Of a stretch of 64,000 nucleotides of DNA, positions 34,523 through 42,948 are shown piece by piece. Each line of letters starts with the position of its first letter. Positions within the stretch are counted from its first letter, which is position 1. The DNA is taken from contig CBDBDN010000008.1 of assembly GCA_965203855.1 (NCBI GenBank), forward strand, positions 287,459 through 351,458, read 5' to 3'. A program made the translations under genes and the position numbers. The notes below the pieces were generated by a model, which saw nothing but the letters and a program-made list of their open reading frames with translations, did no database searches and was not told where the DNA came from. Source of the stretch: Dehalococcoidia bacterium (GTDB lineage Bacteria; Chloroflexota; Dehalococcoidia; Lucifugimonadales; UBA3495).

Positions 34523-35362
34523 ATGGACACGCTGGCCGACATCGCCCGGCTGGTCCGGGAATGCACCGACTGCCCCTTGCATCAGGGGCGGACGCAGGCG
34601 GTGCCCGGCGAGGGGCCGGATGACGCCGAACTGCTGTTGATCGGGGAAGGCCCCGGAGTGCAGGAAGATCGGCAGGGGCGGCCTTTTGTGGGGCCGGCGG
34701 GCGGTTTTCTGGAGGAGCTGTTGCAGTCGGTCGGTATGTCCCGCGACCAGGTGTACATTGCGAATATGGTGAAGTGCCGTCCGCCCAACAATCGGGATCC
34801 GGCGCCGGGCGAAATTGCGGCGTGCGCCAAGTATCTGGATCGGCAGATTGAACTGCTCAACCCGCGACTGATAGTTACGCTGGGCCGTTTTGCCATGTCC
34901 CGGTTTCTGCCGGGGCAAAGCATCAGCCGGGCGCGGGGACGGCTGCGCGCGGTGAACGGGCGGCAGATTTACCCGATTATGCATCCGGCGGCCGGGCTGC
35001 GCCGCCAGGAAATGAAGGATGCTATCGTAGAGGATTTTCAGCGGCTGGGCGGCCTGCTGGAAGTGCTGCGAATGGATGTTGAACCGCCGGCCGCCGCTGG
35101 GCCGCCGGCGCATTCGGCAAGCGATGGAGATGTTATACAGGAGGACGCGATGGAGTACGCCGCAACTGCGTCAGCAGCGCCGCCGGAAGCGGAGCCGGCA
35201 TTGTCATTTTGGGGTACGCCGGCGGCGGCTATGGACGCTGCTGCCGATACCGGCGGCGGTATTGACGACAATGGACCGGATGTTGACGGGGATGGTGAAC
35301 TTGACCGGCCGCCGGCGCCCTCTTACGACAACCCGCCGCCGGGGCAGCAGAAGCTGTTTTAG
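34523..35362 (+). CDS. Uracil-DNA glycosylase, family 4, with a low-complexity C-terminal extension
   Basis: CTDCPLHQGRTQAVPGEG, LLLIGEGPGVQEDRQGRPFVGPAG, and HPAAGLR. Confidence 0.85.
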   Translation: MDTLADIARLVRECTDCPLHQGRTQAVPGEGPDDAELLLIGEGPGVQEDRQGRPFVGPAGGFLEELLQSVGMSRDQVYIANMVKCRPPNNRDPAPGEIAACAKYLDRQIELLNPRLIVTLGRFAMSRFLPGQSISRARGRLRAVNGRQIYPIMHPAAGLRRQEMKDAIVEDFQRLGGLLEVLRMDVEPPAAAGPPAHSASDGDVIQEDAMEYAATASAAPPEAEPALSFWGTPAAAMDAAADTGGGIDDNGPDVDGDGELDRPPAPSYDNPPPGQQKLF

Positions 35363-35398
35363 GGCGTGCGGCTATGTTCGCCGTCGTTACTCAATTCG

Positions 35399-35464
35399 CC
35401 GTCATTCCCTAATTCACCGTCATTCCGGCTTTCGCCGGAATGACGGTGAATTAGGGAATGACGG
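35399..35464. repeat. Perfect 66-nt palindrome built from the repeat family (31-bp arms, 4-nt loop)
   Basis: CCGTCATTCCCTAATTCACCGTCATTCCGGC-TTTC-GCCGGAATGACGGTGAATTAGGGAATGACGG, lying between udg and rnj. More GGAATGACG units follow up to about 35500. Confidence 0.95.
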
Positions 35465-35533
35465 ATGGCAGTAGCCGGAATGACGAATGACGGTATAGGA
35501 TGACGGCGTGAAAGACGGACTTAGGAGATTGGA

Positions 35534-37225
35534 TTGACTGCTGCTTACTATGATGATGCTGCCGATGTGGCGCCGGCGCTGCGGGTGATACCGCTGGGCG
35601 GGCTGGGCGAAATCGGCAAGAATATGCTGGCGCTGGAGTGCGGCGACGACATTGTCGTTGTGGACTGCGGCATTCAGTTTCCTACGGAGGATATGCCGGG
35701 CGTTGACCTGATTATCCCGGATGCGTCTTATCTGGCCGCCAATGCGGAGCGCGTGCGGGGCATTCTGATTACGCACGGGCATGAGGATCATATCGGCGCG
35801 CTGCCGTATGTGCTGCCGGAGCTGCCGGCGCCCGTGCCGGTGTATGCGCCGCGTCTGGCGCACGGGCTGATTACCGTCAAGCTGAATGAACGGCGGCGGA
35901 CGCGGGATGCGGAAGTGTACGCCGTTGAACCGGAGCAGCCGGTTGACTTCGGCAGCAGTTTCCGGGCTACCTGGTTTCGGGTCTGCCACAGCATACCGGA
36001 CGCAATGGGCATTTGCATTGAAACGCCGCGGGGCCGCGTCATACACACCGGGGATTTCAAGATTGACCATACTCCGGTTGACGGGCAGACCATTGACTTG
36101 ACGGCGCTGGCGGAACGGGGGGCGGCCGGCATCCTGCTGCTGTTTTCCGACTCTACATATGCCGAGCTGCCGGGCTATACGCCATCCGAGCAGGTAATGA
36201 CCGAGGCGCTGGATCGGGCGATTGGGGACGCGCCGGGGCGGGCGATTGTAGCCACTTTCGCATCGCTAATCAGCCGCATCCAACAGGTGGTCAACGCCGC
36301 GGAAAAGCACGGGCGGCGGATGGCTTTCGTGGGGCGCAGTATGGTAGCCAATGTGCAGATGGCGCGGGAAATGGGCTATCTGGAGGCCGCGCCTGAAACC
36401 ATTGTATCCGTGCGGGAGGCGGCGGAACTGCCGCCGGAGCAAGTGGTATTGATGACAACCGGCAGCCAGGGGGAACCGACTTCGGCGCTGGTGCGTATCG
36501 CCAACGGCGAAAGCCGGGATGTAGAACTGCTGGCCGGCGATACGGTCATCATCTCGGCGACGCCCATACCCGGCAACGAGCGGGCGGTCAGCCAGACGAT
36601 TGACAACCTGCTGCGACAGGGGGCGATGGTGCTGTATGACCGGGTGGCGCGCGTCCATGTGCACGGCCATGCCAGCCAGGAGGAGCTAAAGTTGATGCTC
36701 AACCTGACGAAACCGCGCTATTTCGTGCCGGTACATGGCGAATATCGGCATCTGCGCGCCCATGCTCAACTCGCCTGGGAACTGGGGGCCGCGCCGGACG
36801 GCATTTTTGTGCTGGAGGACGGCGACATTTTGCAGATTGACGATGCCGGGGCCAGCGTAGTGGAGTCAATACCGGCCGGTCATATCTATCTGGACGGGCC
36901 GACGGCGTTGGAAACCGACAGCCAGATACTGCGGGAACGCCGGTCCTTGGCCAAGGACGGGGTAGTAGTAATCTGCGCGGGCGCCGACGGGGACGGGATT
37001 ATCGCCGGGCCGTTTCAGGTTGCCGCCAGCGGGGTTATGGAAGCTGCCGATGCGGGCGACGCTTACCGACGTCTGGCCGAAACCCTGGACTTGGAACTTA
37101 CCGGGGAGCCGGTAGGCACCAACCCGGAGCCGGCGCAGGCGAAAATTAGAAAAGTTGCCCGGCAGTTTCTACGCAACGACCTTAACAAACGCCCTATGAT
37201 TATTCCGGTAATCCTGGACGGGTAG
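35534..37225 (+). CDS. rnj: Ribonuclease J
   Basis: LRVIPLGGLGEIGKNMLALE, ITHGHEDHIGALPY (MBL motif), a beta-CASP region and a C-terminal domain. 563 aa. Confidence 0.9.
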   Translation: MTAAYYDDAADVAPALRVIPLGGLGEIGKNMLALECGDDIVVVDCGIQFPTEDMPGVDLIIPDASYLAANAERVRGILITHGHEDHIGALPYVLPELPAPVPVYAPRLAHGLITVKLNERRRTRDAEVYAVEPEQPVDFGSSFRATWFRVCHSIPDAMGICIETPRGRVIHTGDFKIDHTPVDGQTIDLTALAERGAAGILLLFSDSTYAELPGYTPSEQVMTEALDRAIGDAPGRAIVATFASLISRIQQVVNAAEKHGRRMAFVGRSMVANVQMAREMGYLEAAPETIVSVREAAELPPEQVVLMTTGSQGEPTSALVRIANGESRDVELLAGDTVIISATPIPGNERAVSQTIDNLLRQGAMVLYDRVARVHVHGHASQEELKLMLNLTKPRYFVPVHGEYRHLRAHAQLAWELGAAPDGIFVLEDGDILQIDDAGASVVESIPAGHIYLDGPTALETDSQILRERRSLAKDGVVVICAGADGDGIIAGPFQVAASGVMEAADAGDAYRRLAETLDLELTGEPVGTNPEPAQAKIRKVARQFLRNDLNKRPMIIPVILDG

Positions 37226-37264
37226 CCGGCCGGCCAGTCGGGCGGCGCGCCCGCATTTGCGATT

Positions 37265-39482
37265 TTGGGGAGCAGCGCTATGGCCACCGCCACCGTATCG
37301 GATGACCGGAAAGGCACAGATCGGATCGACGCCGACCGGAGAGATGCCGGCGGCGTCAATTGGATACGGGTCGGCATTGAGGCCGGCGTCCTGCTGCTGG
37401 CGGGCATCGGGCTGGCCGCAACATTGGCGCTGGCGCCCGATTTGCGGGAAGGGCTGGCGGCGCTGCTGGGCTACGGCTGGGCGGCGGTTGGCGTATTCGG
37501 CATCGCAACGCTGCTGCTGCTGGCGCGCCGGCCGGCGGCGCTGCTGCGGGGCTGGCGCTGGTGGCTGGCGGCCGGCATCGCAACCGTCGGCGTCATCATT
37601 GCCCTGTCCGTAGTTCCCGGCGCAAACGGCGCGCAGTACGATGGAATGGCCGGGCAAGTGGGCTGGATTATCACCGGCAATATCCCGGTCATCGCCATAA
37701 TTGAGGGGATACTGGGCTTGGCATTGATTGGCCTGCTGGTGCTGCCGGGCGCATCCCGCAAGTATTGGGCAGCGGTGAAGTATTCCGGCATCGGGCTGTG
37801 GAAAGCGCTTTGGGGCGTTGGCATCAGTATCGTTTGGGCAATGCGGATGCTGCTGGCCGCCGTGGTTGCAGTGGGGCGTGGCATCAGGCGGCTGGCCGGG
37901 CGGCGGCGCAGCGCCGGGCCGGCAGATGCGCCGGTTGTCGCAATGCCGCCGGCGGCGGAACCGGATTTTGTGGTGGACGATGCGCCGGCGGCGGCGTACC
38001 CGGAGCCGTCCGCAGCAATGCCGACTCCGCGGTCGGTTAATTCCCGCGGCAACGGCTGGCAGCTGCCGCCCTTGGAGATTCTGGCGCCGGCCGAACCGCA
38101 TCGGATTGACAACGCCGCCATCAGCGCAATGTCCGAGGAAATCAAGGAAGCGTTGGCCGAGCATAATGTCTATGTTGCGGTTGAGGATGTAAAAGCGGGG
38201 CCGCGCGTCATCCGGTTCGGCCTGGTGCCGGGCTATGTGCCGCAGCGGCCGGGCAAGGACGGCGAAGTCGCCAAACAGCGGCCCAGCCGGGTACGGGTCG
38301 GCGACATCGCCAAGCGGCAGAAAGACCTGGCGTTGGCGCTGAAAAGCCCCTATATCCGCATCATCGAGACGCCGGAGCCGGGCGAAGGGCTGGTAGGGCT
38401 GGAAGTGCCCAACCCGTCGCCGGGCAAAGTGCTGATGCGTTCCATTGTGGAGCATCCGGCATTCGGCAAAATCGTCAGCAAGGGCGGGCTGGCCTTTGCG
38501 CTGGGCGAGGACGCCGGCGGCGCGTCGCTGGTACTGGATCTGGCGGCGATGCCGCATATCCTGATTGCCGGGGCTACCGGGTCGGGCAAAAGCGTGTGCA
38601 TCAATTCGCTGGTGGCATCGCTGCTGATGACGCGCCCGCCGGACGAGCTGCGGATGATAATGGTTGACCCGAAGCGGGTAGAACTGACGCCGTTCAACGG
38701 CATACCGCATCTGGTTACGCCGGTCATCGTAGAACCGGACGAAGTGCAGCCGGCTCTGCGGGGACTGATTAACGAGATGACGCGCCGCTACAAGATGATG
38801 GAGGAGCTGGGCGTCCGCAACATAGCCGGCTACAACGGCAAAGCGCCGGAGCCGATGTCGTTCCTGGTGCTGATTGTGGACGAACTGGCTGATTTGATGA
38901 TGACCGGCGGGCTGGAAGTGGAGCAGCAATTGGTGCGGCTGGCGCAGCTGGGCCGGGCCGCCGGCATCCATATGGTGCTGGCGACGCAGCGTCCGTCGGT
39001 GAAAGTAGTAACCGGGCTGCTGAAGGCCAATGTGCCGGCGCGGGTAGCCTTTGCGGTAGCGTCGCAGGTGGACTCGCGGGTGATACTGGATTCCGGCGGG
39101 GCCCGAAGGATTGATGGGCAAAGGGGACTTGCTGCTGCTGAACAACGACTTTCCGAAAGCGCGGCGCGGGCAGGGTACGCTGGTCTATGACGAGGAAATG
39201 GATGCGCTGATTGACTTCTGGCGCAACCAGCAAGGCCCGCCGCTGCCGCGCATCAGCCTGGATGACGCTGACGAACCGTCCGGCGGTGAATCCGGCGGGT
39301 CGGACGGCGGCGGCGGCGATGACGCTTACGGCGGCAACATCCTGGACCAGGCGCGCGAGCTGGCGCTGCGGAACCCCCGCCTCACTTCGGCAATGGTGGA
39401 ACGGCGGTTTAAGATACGCAAATCGCAGGCGGACGAGGTTATAGAGGAGCTGCGGGATGAGGGGCTGGTGATTGGGGGGTGA
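37265..39482 (+). pseudogene. ftsK: DNA translocase FtsK/SpoIIIE, disrupted as sequenced by a +1 frameshift near 39101-39104
   Basis: N-terminal TM helices, Walker A GATGSGKS, and LVLIVDELADLMM. The frame changes between ILDSGGA (ORF 37265..39190) and GLMGKGDLLLL...gamma domain (ORF 39111..39482). Deleting one C of GCCCG restores DSGGAEGLMGKGDLL. Confidence 0.85.
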
Positions 39483-39682
39483 TGGCGGCAAAACGCGCGC
39501 GGCGCATTAGCGCAAAGGGGCGCCGGCATCTGCCGGCGCCCCTCTTATTTTCGGCACGGTTGGCCGACGCCGGCGCAATAATGACCGCTGCGTCTTGCCC
39601 GCCGCATTCGCCAACTGCTAGACTGCCGCACCGATTGACTGGCCGCTTGCCGCCCGGCCTAACTGATAAGCCGCCGCCCGGT

Positions 39683-41182
39683 ATGGAGATGCCCCCGATG
39701 CCCAGCGCTTGCAATGTACCGAGCCGCACCATCTTTACCGGCGATAATCTGGACATCCTCCGGGGCATCAATTCGGAGTGCGTTGACCTGATTTATCTGG
39801 ATCCGCCGTTCAATTCCAACCGCAGCTATGCCGCCCCGTTGGACAGCGAAGCGCGCGGCGCCGAATTCGACGACGTCTGGACGCTCAGCGATATGAAAGA
39901 GGAGTGGGTTGACGAAATTGAGTACCGCCGTCCGTCGCTGTATCACCTGATTAACGGGGCGAAACTGGCGCACAGCGAAAGCATGGCCGGCTACCTGACT
40001 TTTATGAGTGTGCGGTTGCTGGAGCTGCATCGCATCCTGAAACCGGCGGGGAGCATTTACCTGCATTGCGACCCTACGGCGTCGCATTATCTGAAAGGCA
40101 TTATGGACGCCTTGTTTGCGCCCGATAATTTCCAGAATGAGATCGTCTGGAAACGAACCGGATCGCATGGCGGCGCCCGACGGTGGGGTCCGATCCACGA
40201 TGTACTCCTGTTCTATTCCGGGTCGGGGCGGCATCTCTGGAATCGGGTCTATCAGCCGTACTCTGACGATTATCTCAGGAATTACTACCGTTACGAGGAT
40301 AAACGCGGTCGGTATCGACTGGTGACGCTCACCGGCGCCGGAACCACATCAGGCGATTCGGGCGCTGAATGGCGCGGCGTCAATCCCACTGATTCGGGCC
40401 GGCATTGGGCGGTGCCGCGCCAGGCTCTTGCCGAAGCCTATCCCAACCGCAGCGATTTGGACCGGCTTACTACGCAGGAGAAACTTGACCTGCTGGATCA
40501 AGCCGGGCTAGTGTACTGGCCGCCGCGCGGGCGCATCCCGCAGCAGAAGCGTTATGCCGATCAAGGCGCCGGCGTTCCGATACAGGATATAGTCACCGAC
40601 ATCGGGCCGATTGGTTCTCATGCTCTGGAACGGACGGAATGGCGCACCCAAAAACCGCTAGCCTTATTGGAGCGCATCATCGGCGCATCGTCTAATCCCG
40701 GCGATTTGGTGCTGGATCCGTTTTGCGGCTGCGCTACCGCTTGCATCGCCGCCGAAAAACTGCATCGCCAATGGATTGGCATTGATATTCTGCCGCAGGC
40801 GGCGGCAGTGCTCAACGACCGCGCCAAACGCGAGTTGCAGATACCGATGAACGGGGACGATGAACCGGAGTGGGCGGACTGGAGCCCGCTGATAATGCAG
40901 GAACCGCCCAAGCGTACCGATCTTGCGCTGTCCGCCCCCGTCAATCCGCAATCCGACCGGGAACTGCTGTACGCCAGCCAGGATCGCCGCTGCGCCGGCT
41001 GCCGCTATGAACTGCCGCTGCACGTGCTTACCATTGACCACATTCATCCGCAGTCGCTGGGCGGCGTGGATACTTTGGGCAACTTGCAGCTGATGTGCCA
41101 TACCTGCAACGCCATCAAGGGCAACCGCAGCATGGAATACCTGCGGGAACAGTTGCACCGGCGGGGGATATTGGCGATGTGA
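39683..41182 (+). CDS. Beta-class N6A/N4C DNA methyltransferase fused to a C-terminal HNH nuclease (copy 2)
   Basis: VDLIYLDPPFNSN, SIYLHCD, TQKPLALLERIIGASSNPGDLVLDPFCGCATACIAA. The HNH region is CAGCRYELPLHVLTIDHIHPQSLGGVDTLGNLQLMCHTCNAIKGNR. I prefer the start at M69 of track ORF 39479. Confidence 0.8.
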   Translation: MEMPPMPSACNVPSRTIFTGDNLDILRGINSECVDLIYLDPPFNSNRSYAAPLDSEARGAEFDDVWTLSDMKEEWVDEIEYRRPSLYHLINGAKLAHSESMAGYLTFMSVRLLELHRILKPAGSIYLHCDPTASHYLKGIMDALFAPDNFQNEIVWKRTGSHGGARRWGPIHDVLLFYSGSGRHLWNRVYQPYSDDYLRNYYRYEDKRGRYRLVTLTGAGTTSGDSGAEWRGVNPTDSGRHWAVPRQALAEAYPNRSDLDRLTTQEKLDLLDQAGLVYWPPRGRIPQQKRYADQGAGVPIQDIVTDIGPIGSHALERTEWRTQKPLALLERIIGASSNPGDLVLDPFCGCATACIAAEKLHRQWIGIDILPQAAAVLNDRAKRELQIPMNGDDEPEWADWSPLIMQEPPKRTDLALSAPVNPQSDRELLYASQDRRCAGCRYELPLHVLTIDHIHPQSLGGVDTLGNLQLMCHTCNAIKGNRSMEYLREQLHRRGILAM

Positions 41183-41201
41183 GCGACGGCAACGGGTTTG
41201 G

Positions 41202-42353
41202 TTACAGCAGCGGCATCTGAAAGGCGCGGTCGGCGGCGGCGGCGTTTTGCCCCAGATGGATGGCGGCATAACCCAGCTGCCGCAGCCGTTCCGCTAAGTC
41301 GGGAAAGCCAAAGACGGTAAAAACTCTGCGGGGTTGGACGGACTCGACATAGGCGAGCAGATCGTTAAAATCGGCGTGGTCGCTATAAGGTATGCTGGCG
41401 TCGCCGGGCCGGCCGCCGCCCCAGGGTCGCCGCCCCTTGCCGGCGGCCCACCCGGTCATTTCCAGATAACGCACCGGGCGTTGGTCGGGGCGGTTGGCGG
41501 CGATGTACTCCCGGCTCTTGCGGCCGGGCGCAAACAGCAGAACTTCGTCATCGGCAACGCCGTTTCCGTCATGGATGCGATAATCGCCGGGGAACCGGAC
41601 GCCGGCGTCCTCATACCGACGCGCTACATCGTAAATCTCGGCGGCGCAGGCAACCCGGAAACCGGCCGCCAGCAGGTGATACAACGCTTCCTGCGCCTTG
41701 CCCAGCCGCCAGCCCAGCGTTACCGGCAGAGCGCCCTGTTGCAGCCACTGCCGGATGACCCGCACTGCGTTGGCTACCGCTTCCTCCTGCGGCGGGAAAG
41801 TATATTCCGGCTTGCCGTAGGTGGCTTCAATTACCAGCGTATCGCAGGCCACCGGTTCCAGATGCCGGTTGATGGGCGAGGGCTGGGCGCGGAAATCGCC
41901 GGTGTAGAGCAGGCGATGCCCGTCCGACTGCCTGGTAACCAGCGTTTGCGCCGAGCCGAGGCAATGCCCGGCGGGGTGCAGCGTGATGGCGTAATGCGGG
42001 GTTTCCAGCGGCTCCCCGTATTCCAGAGGGACGCACTCCGAGCGGCGCAGATAGTCCCGCAGCAGCAGCTCCGTGCCGGGCGTGAGGACGGTACGGCGAT
42101 GGCGCGCTATATGGTCGGAATGGGCATGGGATATGACCGAAAAGTCCTGCTTACGCAGCGCGTCCAGCCAGAGCTCCAGTTCCGGCAGATAGATGCCGCG
42201 GTCAAAAACAACTTCCACTTTAATGGCCGCATTCCGTTTTAATGGTTGAATTCCGTAGCCGGGAAGGTCAAATCCGCCGCCGAGTATAGCACGCCGTCGG
42301 GTCGGTTTTAGGCTATAATGCGGCAAATCCCGCCGGGCGGGCGCCGGGTTCAA
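41202..42353 (-). CDS. MBL-fold beta-CASP-like exonuclease (resembles ligase-associated DNA damage response exonuclease)
   Basis: VISHAHSDHIARH, ITLHPAGHCLGSAQTLV, YTGDFRAQPS, LVIEATYGKPEYTFPP, LGKAQEALYHLL. No ligase gene is adjacent. Confidence 0.6.
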   Translation of the reverse strand: MNPAPARRDLPHYSLKPTRRRAILGGGFDLPGYGIQPLKRNAAIKVEVVFDRGIYLPELELWLDALRKQDFSVISHAHSDHIARHRRTVLTPGTELLLRDYLRRSECVPLEYGEPLETPHYAITLHPAGHCLGSAQTLVTRQSDGHRLLYTGDFRAQPSPINRHLEPVACDTLVIEATYGKPEYTFPPQEEAVANAVRVIRQWLQQGALPVTLGWRLGKAQEALYHLLAAGFRVACAAEIYDVARRYEDAGVRFPGDYRIHDGNGVADDEVLLFAPGRKSREYIAANRPDQRPVRYLEMTGWAAGKGRRPWGGGRPGDASIPYSDHADFNDLLAYVESVQPRRVFTVFGFPDLAERLRQLGYAAIHLGQNAAAADRAFQMPLL

Positions 42354-42388
42354 CCGGCGTTCCCGGTCGGCGTTTTGAGGAGAATACG

Positions 42389-42853
42389 ATGCCCGGCCAG
42401 ATTGGCGACATCGCCGCCGATTTCACTCTGCCGTCGCCGCATCACGGCGACATCACGCTCAGCAGCTATCGCGGCAGCCATGCTGTTGTCCTGTCCTTCC
42501 ATGTGCTGGACTTTACCGGCGGTTGAACCGACCAGGCTACCTCGTTCCGCCGCTATAACGCGCAGTTCGAGGAACAGAATGCCCAGGTGCTGGGCATCAG
42601 CTGTGACCATGTTGCCGCACACCGCGCCTGGACTACCGCAATGGGCGGCCTGCCCTACCCGGAGCTGTCGGACTGGCACCCCAAAGGCCGGGTTACGGAG
42701 GCTTATGACCTCTGGAACGAGGAACGCGGCGCCGGCACCAGAGCGGTAGTCATCGTTGACCGGGCGGGCGTGATTCGCTACCGGCAAACCTATCAGCCCG
42801 GCACTTTGCCCGACCCGGCTGAAATACTCCAGGCAGTAGCAGCACTCAACTAA
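42389..42853 (+). CDS. Peroxiredoxin (BCP/PrxQ-like) with an in-frame TGA at the peroxidatic Cys position: selenocysteine candidate
   Basis: GAGGAG SD, then MPGQIGDIAADFTLPSPHHGDITLSSYRGSHAVVLSFHVLDFTGG[TGA 42524-42526]TDQATSFRRYNAQFEEQNAQVLGISCDHVAAHRAW...LSDWHPKG. The TGA aligns with the C of the Prx motif DxTPxCTxE. The track shows only the 3' fragment 42587..42853. Confidence 0.65.
42540..42572 (+). promoter_or_regulatory. Candidate SECIS-like stem-loop downstream of the in-frame TGA
   Basis: CCUCG (42540-42544) pairs with CGAGG (42568-42572). Inner pairs are G49-C63, C50-G62, G52-C61 and C53-G60, with apical loop UAUAAC about 27 nt after the UGA. Hand-folded and not validated. The loop lacks the G that is often seen. 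Confidence 0.25.
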
Positions 42854-42900
42854 CGGGATTCGCCGGCCCCGAAATCCGAAACCGAACCCTGTATGGCGGC

Positions 42901-42926
42901 GGCCCGACTGATTTGCCAGTCGGGCC
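42901..42926. terminator. Bidirectional hairpin terminator candidate
   Basis: GGCCCGACTG-ATTTGC-CAGTCGGGCC, a perfect 10-bp stem between convergent prx and the greA-like gene. Confidence 0.5.
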
Positions 42927-42948
42927 GTTGCCTTCCTGCCGCAGTTGC

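Noticed and set aside
39479-39682. A 68-aa N-terminal extension of MTase-HNH copy 2, starting at the GTG that overlaps the ftsK stop.
   Set aside because: The extension is Arg/Pro/Ala-rich low complexity. Homology to copy 1 begins only after the ATG at 39683.
42318-42749. The 143-aa ORF 42318..42749, and the antisense ORF 42350..42787, as the gene at this locus.
   Set aside because: Their translations have no motifs. The frame starting at 42389 reads as a complete peroxiredoxin interrupted only by the TGA at the catalytic position.
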